A stretch of 64,000 bases of DNA from positions 1 to 64,000 of the forward strand of contig NZ_PUBZ01000089.1 of NCBI RefSeq assembly GCF_003205875.1. The letters run 5' to 3'. Position numbers and translations under genes: made by a program. Origin of the DNA: Herpetosiphon llansteffanensis. Its GTDB lineage: Bacteria > Chloroflexota > Chloroflexia > Chloroflexales > Herpetosiphonaceae. This document shows, piece by piece, positions 55,931 to 64,000 of the stretch; within the stretch, counting starts at the first letter, position 1, and each line of letters opens with the position of its first letter. The notes under the pieces are model-generated. The model had not been told where the DNA came from and searched no databases. It saw nothing but the letters and a program-made list of their open reading frames with translations.

Positions 55931-57691
55931 ATGAGCAAAGTAACTATTACACGTATTGAATTTAAGAACTTCAAAGCTTTTTCTCGCTATTCAATCTCCC
56001 TGAGCAAGATGAATGTTTTAGTTGGCCCAAATAATTCAGGTAAATCAACAATTCTTAATGCAATTCGCGTATTAAATGCTGGTATTCGGCGCGCAAATGC
56101 CAAAAATGCAGTTCCTGTAGCAGGTCCAGAAGGCTATACATATGGCCATATTATTCCAACCGATAGTATACCAATCTCATTGGAGAATGTTCATACAAAT
56201 TACGATGAAAGTACGCCTACAACAATTATTTTTCATCTATCAAATAATACAAAATTAATGTTGTATTTTCCAATTGATGGTAATCCTGTGTTCATCCCCA
56301 TGGATGGCTCTAAATCCGCGCGAACTGCCAGTCACTTTAAAAAGATTTTCCCTCTAAAAGTAGATTTTGTGCCTGTTATGGGACCAGTAGAATATAAAGA
56401 GGAATTGATTAGTAAGCAGACTGTTCAAAATGGTTTAGTTACGCATCGTGCTTCACGCCACTTTAGAAATTATTGGTACTATTTTCCAGAAAAATTTGAG
56501 GATTTTTCAGAAAAAATTAGAAAAACTTGGCCCGGAATGGATATAAAATTTCCAGAAATTATTGATCATTCAAGTTTAGTAATGTTTTGTAGTGAAAATA
56601 GGATTGACCGTGAAATATATTGGTCTGGCTTTGGATTTCAAATCTGGTGTCAACTAATGACCCATATTGTTCGTTCAAGCGATGCAGATCTTCTAGTTAT
56701 CGATGAACCAGAAATATATTTACATCCAGACCTACAACGACAACTCTTATTTATTTTAAAAGAAATACAGCCCAATATTTTGCTTGCAACTCATTCAGCT
56801 GAAATTATATCTGAATCTGACCCATTAGATATTGTTATAATTAATAAAAGCTTAAATCATTCTCAACGACTAAAAGATATTGACCAAATTCAACATGCAA
56901 TGAATATATTAGGATCAAACCAAAATATTGCATTAACGAGGCTATCAAAAACAAGAAGAGTTTTGTTTATTGAAGGTGATGATTTCAAAATTTTAAGTAA
57001 ATTTGCTCAAAAAACAGATTTCCCTGAATTAGTAAATAAGATAGATTTGACAGTTGTTCCGATCAAAGACTTCGTTCGATGGGAAGATGTGCGATCATTG
57101 ATATGGGGCATCGAACAAACCCTTGGAACATCTCTAGCTTTAGGCACAATCCTTGATCGAAATTATCGTTGTGATGAAGAAGTACAATCTATCCATAATG
57201 AATTAAAAAGTAATTTAAAATTCCTGCATATTTATAAAAGAAAAAATATAGAAAGTTATTTAATTAATATTGATGTTATTGATAGAGTTCTCAAAAAGAA
57301 GCTCGTTGACAATCCAGAAAATCCAAATATCTACACTGAAAATTTTATAACTATCTTGAATACAATAACAGATACATTGAAACCCGAATTTCAAACGCAT
57401 TATATTTCCAATCGAATCAAATTTTTCAATAAATCATCATTAGATCAAACAAGCATTATAAATCAGGCATTACTATCATTCGAAGAACAATGGATTGATA
57501 TAGAAAAAAGGATGAATTTAATTGATGGCAAACTAGTGTTATCTGAAATTAATACCTATTTACTCAATAAATATAATATTACTATAACCAATCAAAATAT
57601 TATTTCAGAATTCAAACCAAACGAAATACCCGAAGAGATAGTACAATTATTTCGTAATCTAGATAGATTTCGTCGAATGCCGATCCAATAG
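55931..57691 (+). CDS. OLD-family-like ATP-dependent endonuclease (ABC/AAA_21-type ATPase plus C-terminal Toprim/DUF4435-like domain); putative defense gene on an AT-rich island
   Basis: Walker A VGPNNSGKST and Walker B/D-loop LLVIDEPEIYLHPDLQ. The C-terminal region has VLFIEGDDFK, a later acidic cluster and an IESYL motif, as in Toprim-like OLD/DUF4435 domains. GC content is far below the window average. Confidence 0.6.
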   Translation: MSKVTITRIEFKNFKAFSRYSISLSKMNVLVGPNNSGKSTILNAIRVLNAGIRRANAKNAVPVAGPEGYTYGHIIPTDSIPISLENVHTNYDESTPTTIIFHLSNNTKLMLYFPIDGNPVFIPMDGSKSARTASHFKKIFPLKVDFVPVMGPVEYKEELISKQTVQNGLVTHRASRHFRNYWYYFPEKFEDFSEKIRKTWPGMDIKFPEIIDHSSLVMFCSENRIDREIYWSGFGFQIWCQLMTHIVRSSDADLLVIDEPEIYLHPDLQRQLLFILKEIQPNILLATHSAEIISESDPLDIVIINKSLNHSQRLKDIDQIQHAMNILGSNQNIALTRLSKTRRVLFIEGDDFKILSKFAQKTDFPELVNKIDLTVVPIKDFVRWEDVRSLIWGIEQTLGTSLALGTILDRNYRCDEEVQSIHNELKSNLKFLHIYKRKNIESYLINIDVIDRVLKKKLVDNPENPNIYTENFITILNTITDTLKPEFQTHYISNRIKFFNKSSLDQTSIINQALLSFEEQWIDIEKRMNLIDGKLVLSEINTYLLNKYNITITNQNIISEFKPNEIPEEIVQLFRNLDRFRRMPIQ

Positions 57692-57694
57692 CAA

Positions 57695-58717
57695 TTATTC
57701 GCAGCATTCATCGTTTTCGTGGCGCACGATCATGCTAATTGGTAGGATTGTGTTTTCGCTGCTTGGCGTTTTGCCTTCGATCATTTCGATCAACACATTG
57801 GCGGCGGTTGTGCCCAAATCGTACATTGGCTGGTGCAGCGAGGTCATGCTGGGGTTGAGGCTGGCAGCAGTTGGCACATCATCAAAACACACCACGGTTA
57901 TATCATCGGGAATCCGTAGCCCAGCTTCATGCAAGGTGCGCAATACCCCAGTTGCCATCACTGCACTGCTGACGAACAACGCGGTTGGGCGTGGTTGCAA
58001 AGCCAACAGTTGCTGAATCGCGCTTTGACCGCCGTGCTCGCTCTCTGCGCCAGTCACAATCAAGGCTGGGTGAATTGGCAAGCCGGCCTCACGATAGGCC
58101 TGTTGATAGCCCTCAATTTGATCGTGGCTAGCTGGAGCGTGCAATGAGCCAATAATCATGCCAACCGATTCATGGCCAAGTGCCAGCAAATGCCGCACCG
58201 CTTGATAGCTGCCAGCAAAATGGTCAATATCAACCGTCACGATATGGTGCAAAAGCGGGTGTTTGCCAACCAAAACCATCGGCACACGATCAGCAATCAG
58301 CTGCGGCAGCAAGGGATCATTGATCGTATTAGGAATTACGATGCGGCCATCGACGCTGCGGCCATGCAGCAATTTGGTCGCTGGATCATCAGCCCGATTG
58401 GCGCTATCGAGCGAGACCATCAAAACGTAGCCCTTGGCATTACAGGCCTCGGTCATGCCTTGTAGCAAATTCGAGAAGGTCGGATTGCGAAAGATCGTCG
58501 CGGTGGTTTCGGAGATAAACACAGCAATAACTTTGGGGCGTTGCCCAGCCAAGGTTCGGGCCGCTGCCTGCGGCGTATAATGATGCTCCTGCATCACTGC
58601 CAAGACCCGTTCGCGCACCTCGGCGCGCACATGCGGCTGATTGTTCAGCACCCGCGAAACAGTCGCGATCGAAACCTGAGCAATTTCGGCAATTTGTTCA
58701 ATCGTAATTGATGGCAT
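57695..58717 (-). CDS. LacI-family transcriptional regulator
   Basis: HTH IEQIAEIAQVSIATVSRVLNN plus a periplasmic-binding-protein-like effector domain. ATG 58717 is the chosen start. Confidence 0.8.
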   Translation of the reverse strand: MPSITIEQIAEIAQVSIATVSRVLNNQPHVRAEVRERVLAVMQEHHYTPQAAARTLAGQRPKVIAVFISETTATIFRNPTFSNLLQGMTEACNAKGYVLMVSLDSANRADDPATKLLHGRSVDGRIVIPNTINDPLLPQLIADRVPMVLVGKHPLLHHIVTVDIDHFAGSYQAVRHLLALGHESVGMIIGSLHAPASHDQIEGYQQAYREAGLPIHPALIVTGAESEHGGQSAIQQLLALQPRPTALFVSSAVMATGVLRTLHEAGLRIPDDITVVCFDDVPTAASLNPSMTSLHQPMYDLGTTAANVLIEMIEGKTPSSENTILPISMIVRHENDECCE

Positions 58718-58851
58718 AATCCGACCTTCTAAACAACTTCTATTTGGAATGCTCGAAACCGCGTCCAAGCCTGATGGCGCAATATTTGCTGCGCTTGCTA
58801 CGGCGATGGGATCGGTTCCGAGATTCGTGCTGCGTGCTCCTGCGAATATGA

Positions 58852-59829
58852 TTAATTGGCCTTGAGCCAAGCCATAGTTGTGGCCAGCAATTGACGGGCA
58901 AACGTGCGCACAACATCAGTGTCATAATTGCGGTAATAGCATTCGATTGCCATAACCAAGGCCAAGTAGAGCGAATAGAGTTGGCAGCGTTGTTCTTCTG
59001 CAGGCGTAAAGCTTATTTTGCCATAGCCATGCATAAAATTGATCAGACTTTCGCCTGAGAAGGGGCGAAATTGGGCTTCCATCAAGGGATCGCCCCATAA
59101 CGCCCGTTCAAAATCGATAATCCCAACAATCGTGGAATCGCGAACAAAGAAGTTGCCATTCCAAGCATCCCAATGCACTAACTGAGGCGTAGTCACTGCA
59201 TCCAAGGCAGCGGCATGCGTGAGCACAGCGGTACGAATCTCTGCATAGCTATGATCAAATTCAACATTTTTGCGCTGACCATCGACAAGCAGGGCATCAA
59301 TGAGCTTAATAAACGTGGCTCGCCAAGTTGTGCCGCGCAATTCGGGGTTGCCTTCGTAGCCAAAATAGCTGCCGCTAAAGCTATTAATCTGGTGCATAAT
59401 TGAACCAATTTGGCGATCAAGCTCAGCTTGGATGCTTGGATCAAGCGTTGCCCGTATCTGCTCAAGGTTGGTGCCAGCAATTTTTTGCATAAAAAAATAA
59501 GCTGAATCACACATGCTCAAGGTGTCGTCGAAAAAGGCGATGCTTGGCACCGGAATCGCTGGATTTTGCTGCACCAAGCGCATTGCTGCAACTTCGGTCT
59601 GCATAATGTTTTTTTCGTAGCTCATCACATCGGCGGTTGGCGGTGGGGCAATTTTGAGCACAAACTCGCGACCATCGGCCAATGTAACCGCATAGGCGGC
59701 ATTGAACCAACCATCTTTGAGTTCTTGAACTGCGTCTGCATGCGGCGCAAGCTGCATCCCAGCAAACGCATGGGCAGCCATTGCAGCAATTTGTTGGCGA
59801 GTTTTGAGATTTTTGGTCGTGCTGTGCAT
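58852..59829 (-). CDS. Phosphotransferase enzyme family (APH/choline-kinase-like) small-molecule kinase
   Basis: Brenner motif LVHWDAWNGNFFV and a DFE-like IDFERAL motif. ATG 59829 has an AAGGAA RBS. Confidence 0.7.
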   Translation of the reverse strand: MHSTTKNLKTRQQIAAMAAHAFAGMQLAPHADAVQELKDGWFNAAYAVTLADGREFVLKIAPPPTADVMSYEKNIMQTEVAAMRLVQQNPAIPVPSIAFFDDTLSMCDSAYFFMQKIAGTNLEQIRATLDPSIQAELDRQIGSIMHQINSFSGSYFGYEGNPELRGTTWRATFIKLIDALLVDGQRKNVEFDHSYAEIRTAVLTHAAALDAVTTPQLVHWDAWNGNFFVRDSTIVGIIDFERALWGDPLMEAQFRPFSGESLINFMHGYGKISFTPAEEQRCQLYSLYLALVMAIECYYRNYDTDVVRTFARQLLATTMAWLKAN

Positions 59830-60188
59830 TGGAGTTCCTTTCGCAATCATGGCGCTACGCCAGATTAGCCCAGTGAACATTGCTGCTTAAATAAAACACT
59901 CCCAGCGCAGCAGCCCTCATCGGGAGAATCAAGGCCAATCCGCTGGAAGTGCAAGGAGAGTATGCTTCGAACACGCGAGGCTTGCGAATCTCGGTTTTTG
60001 GAATGTGTTTGCCGCACATGCTCCAAAGACCATTATCAGACGAAACGCTGAAGCAACGCTTGTGTTTCTGAAACGTTACAGAAGTATAGCACAGCAATGC
60101 TGCTGATGCAATAGACTTATTACAATGATTTGAATAACGCGGCACAACTGCTGCTATAGCCAATTCGGTAAAAATAGACGGGGATTGT

Positions 60189-61193
60189 ATGAACTATCGC
60201 GAATATCGCATTCCTGCGCCAAACGTGCGCTCGTTATGCTGGAAGAATAATAGTTTGATCGATTGGGTTGCTGGCGGAACGCGCTATCAGCTTGATGGCA
60301 AGATCAAGCGTTCGACCACGGTCTATCCTTATCCCTTTGATGCAGCGGTGCAATCGGCCTCAGGCGAAGTGGTGGTCATCTATCAACGCTTGGGAACCAA
60401 GGGCTTGGTGCTGAAAAATGGCAAAATTGTGCGCGAAATTAATCGCAGTTATTACTACGCCGATAGCTATGAATACCCGATAGCCATATTGCAACATGCC
60501 GATTTAAATGATGTGCTGCTCCACTGTCCCGATAAGCACAACCAGCTTGATTTGGAGGATGTAGCAACCGGACGGCGGTTGAGCGAAGGCTGGAAGCGCA
60601 AACCAGTCGATATTTTTCATTCGCGCTTGAGCGTCAGCCCCAAAGGCACATGGGCGGTGAGCGCCGGTTGGCAATGGCAGCCAGCGCATACCGTGGCAAT
60701 CTACAAAGTTGATGAGCTATGGTCTGAGCCACAAATTCTCGATACCGAAGGCTTTTGCCCACCAATCAAAGTTGATATTAGCTCGGTCAGCTTTTTGGAT
60801 GAACAAACCCTGCTGATCATCACCGATGAATTTGCCAACCTCAATGCAAATTTGGTTGATACGCTGGTGCAGCGGCGTGGAGCGCATAGCATCGGCTACT
60901 ACGATTTGGAAAATCGCCAGTTTCGGGCAACCGTTCAGGTCGAAGAAATCGTGGGCACGGCCATGGCCTTAAATGAGCGCTATGTGGTCGGCTTCTTTGA
61001 TCATCCTAAATTGTTCGATTGCACAACCGGCAAAGTGGTGCAGCGCTGGCCAGAGTTGGCTACAGGCCGCCAAACCCACAGCATGATCGGCAGGCTCGAC
61101 CAAGCGCTTCCGCCAACCGCCTTTGATTCAGCCAACAAGCGTTTTGCCGTCGCCGATGATAACGCTATTACGGTGATTGAATTGGACGTGTAG
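60189..61193 (+). CDS. Hypothetical protein, tandem paralog 1
   Basis: Shares N-terminal Y(R)E(Y/D)RI..VRSL.W.NN.LIDW, central AVIYQRLGT and C-terminal ANQRFAVAD..ITVIELD blocks with the next gene. Confidence 0.55.
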   Translation: MNYREYRIPAPNVRSLCWKNNSLIDWVAGGTRYQLDGKIKRSTTVYPYPFDAAVQSASGEVVVIYQRLGTKGLVLKNGKIVREINRSYYYADSYEYPIAILQHADLNDVLLHCPDKHNQLDLEDVATGRRLSEGWKRKPVDIFHSRLSVSPKGTWAVSAGWQWQPAHTVAIYKVDELWSEPQILDTEGFCPPIKVDISSVSFLDEQTLLIITDEFANLNANLVDTLVQRRGAHSIGYYDLENRQFRATVQVEEIVGTAMALNERYVVGFFDHPKLFDCTTGKVVQRWPELATGRQTHSMIGRLDQALPPTAFDSANKRFAVADDNAITVIELDV

Positions 61194-61320
61194 TCCACAT
61201 GTTTTGCATTATTAAGCCCTGCATGGAAACCGTTGGAATGAATTTCTCGTTCAAGCGATGGTTAAACCAAAACGATAGTTGCCTTAGTATAGCAGCGCAA
61301 AACACTTATTGAGGCTTGAG

Positions 61321-62394
61321 ATGGACTACCGAGAAGATCGAATTTCAGCGCTAGGAGTGCGTTCGCTTACGTGGCATAACAATCGCCTGATTGATTGGCT
61401 TGATGGCATGAGCTATCAACTCGATGGTACATCAGAACGTTTTCATGCAGGCTATGACAAAGAGTACGATTCAGCTATTCAGTCGCCTTCTGGCAATTTA
61501 GCAGTTATCTATCAACGTTTAGGAACCCAGGCAATGTTGATTGATCGGCATAAACCTGTGCGTAAACTAACGCGTGATCCATATCACGCTGAGATTTATG
61601 AGTATCCGGTAGTATTTCTGCAAGTTTCCAAAGAGCCTGAATTGCTGATTCATTGCCCTACACGCTATCTTAAACTTGAAGTTGAAGCAGCACGCACAGG
61701 TCGAACTCGACTAGCTCCTGGCACGTCGTTTATTAAGCGCTTGCGTTTATGGTTTTCCGAATCGGATGGGCGCAATCCAGAAGATATGTTTCACTCACGG
61801 TTGGCAATCAGCCCAGGTGGAACATGGTTGTTGAGTGCTGGTTGGATTTGGCATCCCTATGAAACGGTTGTGCTCTATCCAATTGCCGAAGCACTGGCTA
61901 ATCCCGCCTTGCTTGATACAAGCACCTTTGATTTTGGCTATCCAAGGGTAGCCGACATTAGTGCAGCAGCGTTTGTCAACGATCAGGTATTGATGCTGAT
62001 TAGCGGCGAATATCCAGAAGATGATGGCGAAGTACCTGAGTATCACGACGACCCCTTGTTTCATAGCGGCCCATATAGTATTGGGATCTATGATTTAGTT
62101 AATCGCCACTATCGTTCGGTTGTCAAAGCCGAGGAAACGGTAGGGACGATTATGCCATTAACCGAGCGTTACCTGCTTGGTTTTTACGAACATCCTAAGC
62201 TATTTGATGGCACAATCGGCAAAATTATCCAGCGTTGGCCAGAGCTTAATACGGGAACGCAAACCAGTAGTTTATTAATGAAGCCAGAGCTAATTCCGCC
62301 ACCAATCGCCTTCGATCAAGCCAACCAGCGTTTTGCCGTTGCCGACGAAAAAGGCATTACGGTAATTGAATTGGATTCACATGATGCTGCTTGA
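61321..62394 (+). CDS. Hypothetical protein, tandem paralog 2
   Basis: Paralog of 60189-61193. ATG 61321 aligns with the paralog start; the ORF-track TTG start at 61309 is rejected. Confidence 0.55.
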   Translation: MDYREDRISALGVRSLTWHNNRLIDWLDGMSYQLDGTSERFHAGYDKEYDSAIQSPSGNLAVIYQRLGTQAMLIDRHKPVRKLTRDPYHAEIYEYPVVFLQVSKEPELLIHCPTRYLKLEVEAARTGRTRLAPGTSFIKRLRLWFSESDGRNPEDMFHSRLAISPGGTWLLSAGWIWHPYETVVLYPIAEALANPALLDTSTFDFGYPRVADISAAAFVNDQVLMLISGEYPEDDGEVPEYHDDPLFHSGPYSIGIYDLVNRHYRSVVKAEETVGTIMPLTERYLLGFYEHPKLFDGTIGKIIQRWPELNTGTQTSSLLMKPELIPPPIAFDQANQRFAVADEKGITVIELDSHDAA

Positions 62395-63175
62395 ATATCA
62401 AACTCTGCGCGATGGTTTAATCGCGCAGTTACGCACAACCCTCGCCGCCGATCAGCGCTTTGTAGCTGGCTGGCTGGTCGGCAGTTTTGGTCGCAACGCT
62501 GCTGATGCAGTCAGCGATCTGGATCTGATGCTGATAGTGGCCGAGGCAGCAAGCGCCCAATTATGCGCCAAACCAGCGATTAATCGCGCCAGCACAACGC
62601 CTGAACGAGCTGCCTTGTTTACAACATTTGGCCCAATTGCCACCTTGTATGAGGCTCATCAAAATGCGCCAGCAGGCGGAACCCAAAGCTTTGTCTGCTA
62701 CCAAGGCACTGGCTTAATTGTTGATTGGACATTAGTTCCAGCTGACAAGGCACTACGCCCAGTCGATGCGTTGATCTTGTTTGAGCATGAGCCAATTGCC
62801 GTAGCTACTGCCCAGCAGGCTGAGCCAAACCCAATTGAATTAATCAAAGAACGAGTGGCCTTCTTTTGGATGATGAGCACAGTCACGATTAAATATCTGA
62901 TTCGGCGCGATCATGTGTTTGTGACGACGTGGCTGGAGGAATTGCAACGGATTGTGCTTGACGTTGAACGCTTGAGCGAAAAGCGGCCATGGAGCTACCA
63001 ACATGGTTCGCGTAGCCAGTTTGCCACCACAACCCACGCCCAAAAACAGGCAATGCAACATCTTATTGCTGCAATGGTGCAATTAACCTCGCCACTTGCT
63101 GAGCTTACTCCTGCACCGTTGCCAGAGCTTGAGCGATTGCTAGCCTTGGTTAATGCCGAGGATCTTAATCTATAA
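62381..63175 (+). CDS. Pol-beta-superfamily nucleotidyltransferase, ANT(4')/Lnu(B)-like
   Basis: GSxxRxxxxxxSDhDh motif WLVGSFGRNAADAVSDLDLMLIV at a ~265-aa length, as in KNTase/LinB-type antibiotic nucleotidyltransferases. It overlaps the preceding paralog by 14 nt. Confidence 0.55.
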   Translation: MMLLEYQTLRDGLIAQLRTTLAADQRFVAGWLVGSFGRNAADAVSDLDLMLIVAEAASAQLCAKPAINRASTTPERAALFTTFGPIATLYEAHQNAPAGGTQSFVCYQGTGLIVDWTLVPADKALRPVDALILFEHEPIAVATAQQAEPNPIELIKERVAFFWMMSTVTIKYLIRRDHVFVTTWLEELQRIVLDVERLSEKRPWSYQHGSRSQFATTTHAQKQAMQHLIAAMVQLTSPLAELTPAPLPELERLLALVNAEDLNL

Positions 63176-63231
63176 GGCTTAACTTTTTCAATTTAATCTC
63201 TTTGTACAACATTGTTTCGCCACCCTTCCGT

Positions 63232-63273
63232 CCCTCCGCCGGAGGGAAACGTCGGGGGTTTTCATCCCCCGAC
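63232..63273 (+). terminator. Two tandem GC-rich hairpins (terminator candidate)
   Basis: ccctccgcc-ggaggg and gtcggggg-ttttca-tcccccgac downstream of the nucleotidyltransferase gene. Confidence 0.4.
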
Positions 63274-63413
63274 ACCCCCTAATATCTATTTTGTGGATTA
63301 TTATTGGGCCGAGAATTACCCTCAACTTTGTTTTAAAATTGAATAAAAATTATCCTCATCATGAAACGACAATGGTACAATAGCCGCTGCTGATGTGTAG
63401 ATTGGGGTTGGCG

Positions 63414-64000
63414 ATGCGGCGAAAAAAACCATTAGATTGGGCAACTCTTGGGCCAATTGCGGTGTTATTGGGCTTATTGCTGTTAATTGTCAACCAGCTT
63501 AATCAACCAAAAACCCGTTATGCCCCGCTAGGTGCGTATTTCAGCGATGCTGCTGCCAGCGTACCCCAAAGCCAAGTTACACCCTTGCCACCAACCACCT
63601 TGCAAGCGATTGAACAAAGCAACACTGCTGGAAGCTCCAACCAAATCGATTTGGTGCTTGAAACTGAGCTTTACCAAGACCAAAGCAACGAATTAGCGGG
63701 TGAGTTGCAAAGTGCGCTGGATTATGTCCAGGAGCGCACCAATATTCGCCTAAGCGAACGGATGACCGTGGTCATTAGCCAAGATGCGCAATGTGGCTTT
63801 CATGGCGTAACTTACTCCGATGTGCGGGTGATTTACATTTATAGTTGCGCTGGAGTTGCTCGCAGTCGGGTCGTTAATATCGCAGCGCACGAATTTGTGC
63901 ATCAATTGCAGCAAGATCGCTATGGCGCTGCCCATTTGAGCGCCGACTTGGCGCTTTCCGAGGGCTTTGCCACCTGGGGCGCAGGCCGCTATTGGCTCGG
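63414..64000 (+). CDS. Membrane-anchored HExxH zinc metallopeptidase-like protein (3' truncated by window end)
   Basis: ATG 63414. N-terminal TM LGPIAVLLGLLLLIV and an HEFVH motif near the window end. The ORF runs off the window without a stop. Confidence 0.45.
   Translation, partial: MRRKKPLDWATLGPIAVLLGLLLLIVNQLNQPKTRYAPLGAYFSDAAASVPQSQVTPLPPTTLQAIEQSNTAGSSNQIDLVLETELYQDQSNELAGELQSALDYVQERTNIRLSERMTVVISQDAQCGFHGVTYSDVRVIYIYSCAGVARSRVVNIAAHEFVHQLQQDRYGAAHLSADLALSEGFATWGAGRYWL

Noticed and set aside
55931-57691. Calling the ATPase specifically Gabija GajA or Septu PtuA
   Set aside because: There is no GajB-like helicase or PtuB-like HNH gene adjacent. Only a family-level (OLD-like) call is supported.
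1-64000. tRNA, rRNA or tmRNA genes
   Set aside because: Intergenic regions were scanned by eye for cloverleaf-compatible GC-rich ~75-nt segments and rRNA-like sequence, and none was found. This is not definitive without tRNAscan or Infernal.

Overview
This is a gene-dense bacterial chromosomal segment of about 50% GC with Chloroflexota-like (Herpetosiphon-like) sequence features; the taxon is an inference, not a search result. Housekeeping genes are mixed with accessory content. Housekeeping calls include rpoD, rpmB, an asp23/fakA/degV x2 cluster, moeA, moaA, mrp/apbC, panD, lipB, murJ, upp, cls, an LmbE-like deacetylase, a LysR regulator and an ECF sigma/anti-sigma pair.

The most notable accessory features are:
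- A bacterial Major Vault Protein (MVP) homolog at the 5' edge.
- A minus-strand operon of a PATAN/DUF4388 protein, an MglA-like small GTPase, a Roadblock/MglB protein and a stand-alone sensor-globin (protoglobin) domain.
- A putative glycosylated-lipid or polyketide-like biosynthetic operon: epimerase, MBL hydrolase, F390-synthetase-like adenylating enzyme, GT1 glycosyltransferase, KAS III and SDR.
- An operon of an alpha/beta hydrolase and two tandem ceramide-glucosyltransferase-like GT2 genes.
- Two sets of tandem paralogs of unknown function: AT-rich membrane proteins at 5453-6682, and ~340-aa soluble proteins at 60189-62394 followed by an ANT(4')/Lnu-like nucleotidyltransferase.
- A strongly AT-rich island carrying a lone OLD-family-like ATPase/Toprim-like gene with its own near-consensus promoter, flanked by a strong terminator.
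- A pseudokinase-TM-vWA protein next to an orphan histidine kinase.

Several intergenic regions (1-90, 1516-2130, 34365-34850, 40876-41280, 48950-49330) are built from one shared set of short mosaic repeat motifs. They include two copies of a ~135-bp palindromic, MITE-like element. No CRISPR array, rRNA or convincing tRNA was seen.

The ORF track uses alternative start codons (TTG/GTG shown as M). Several starts were re-assigned to internal ATG/GTG codons that have Shine-Dalgarno motifs.
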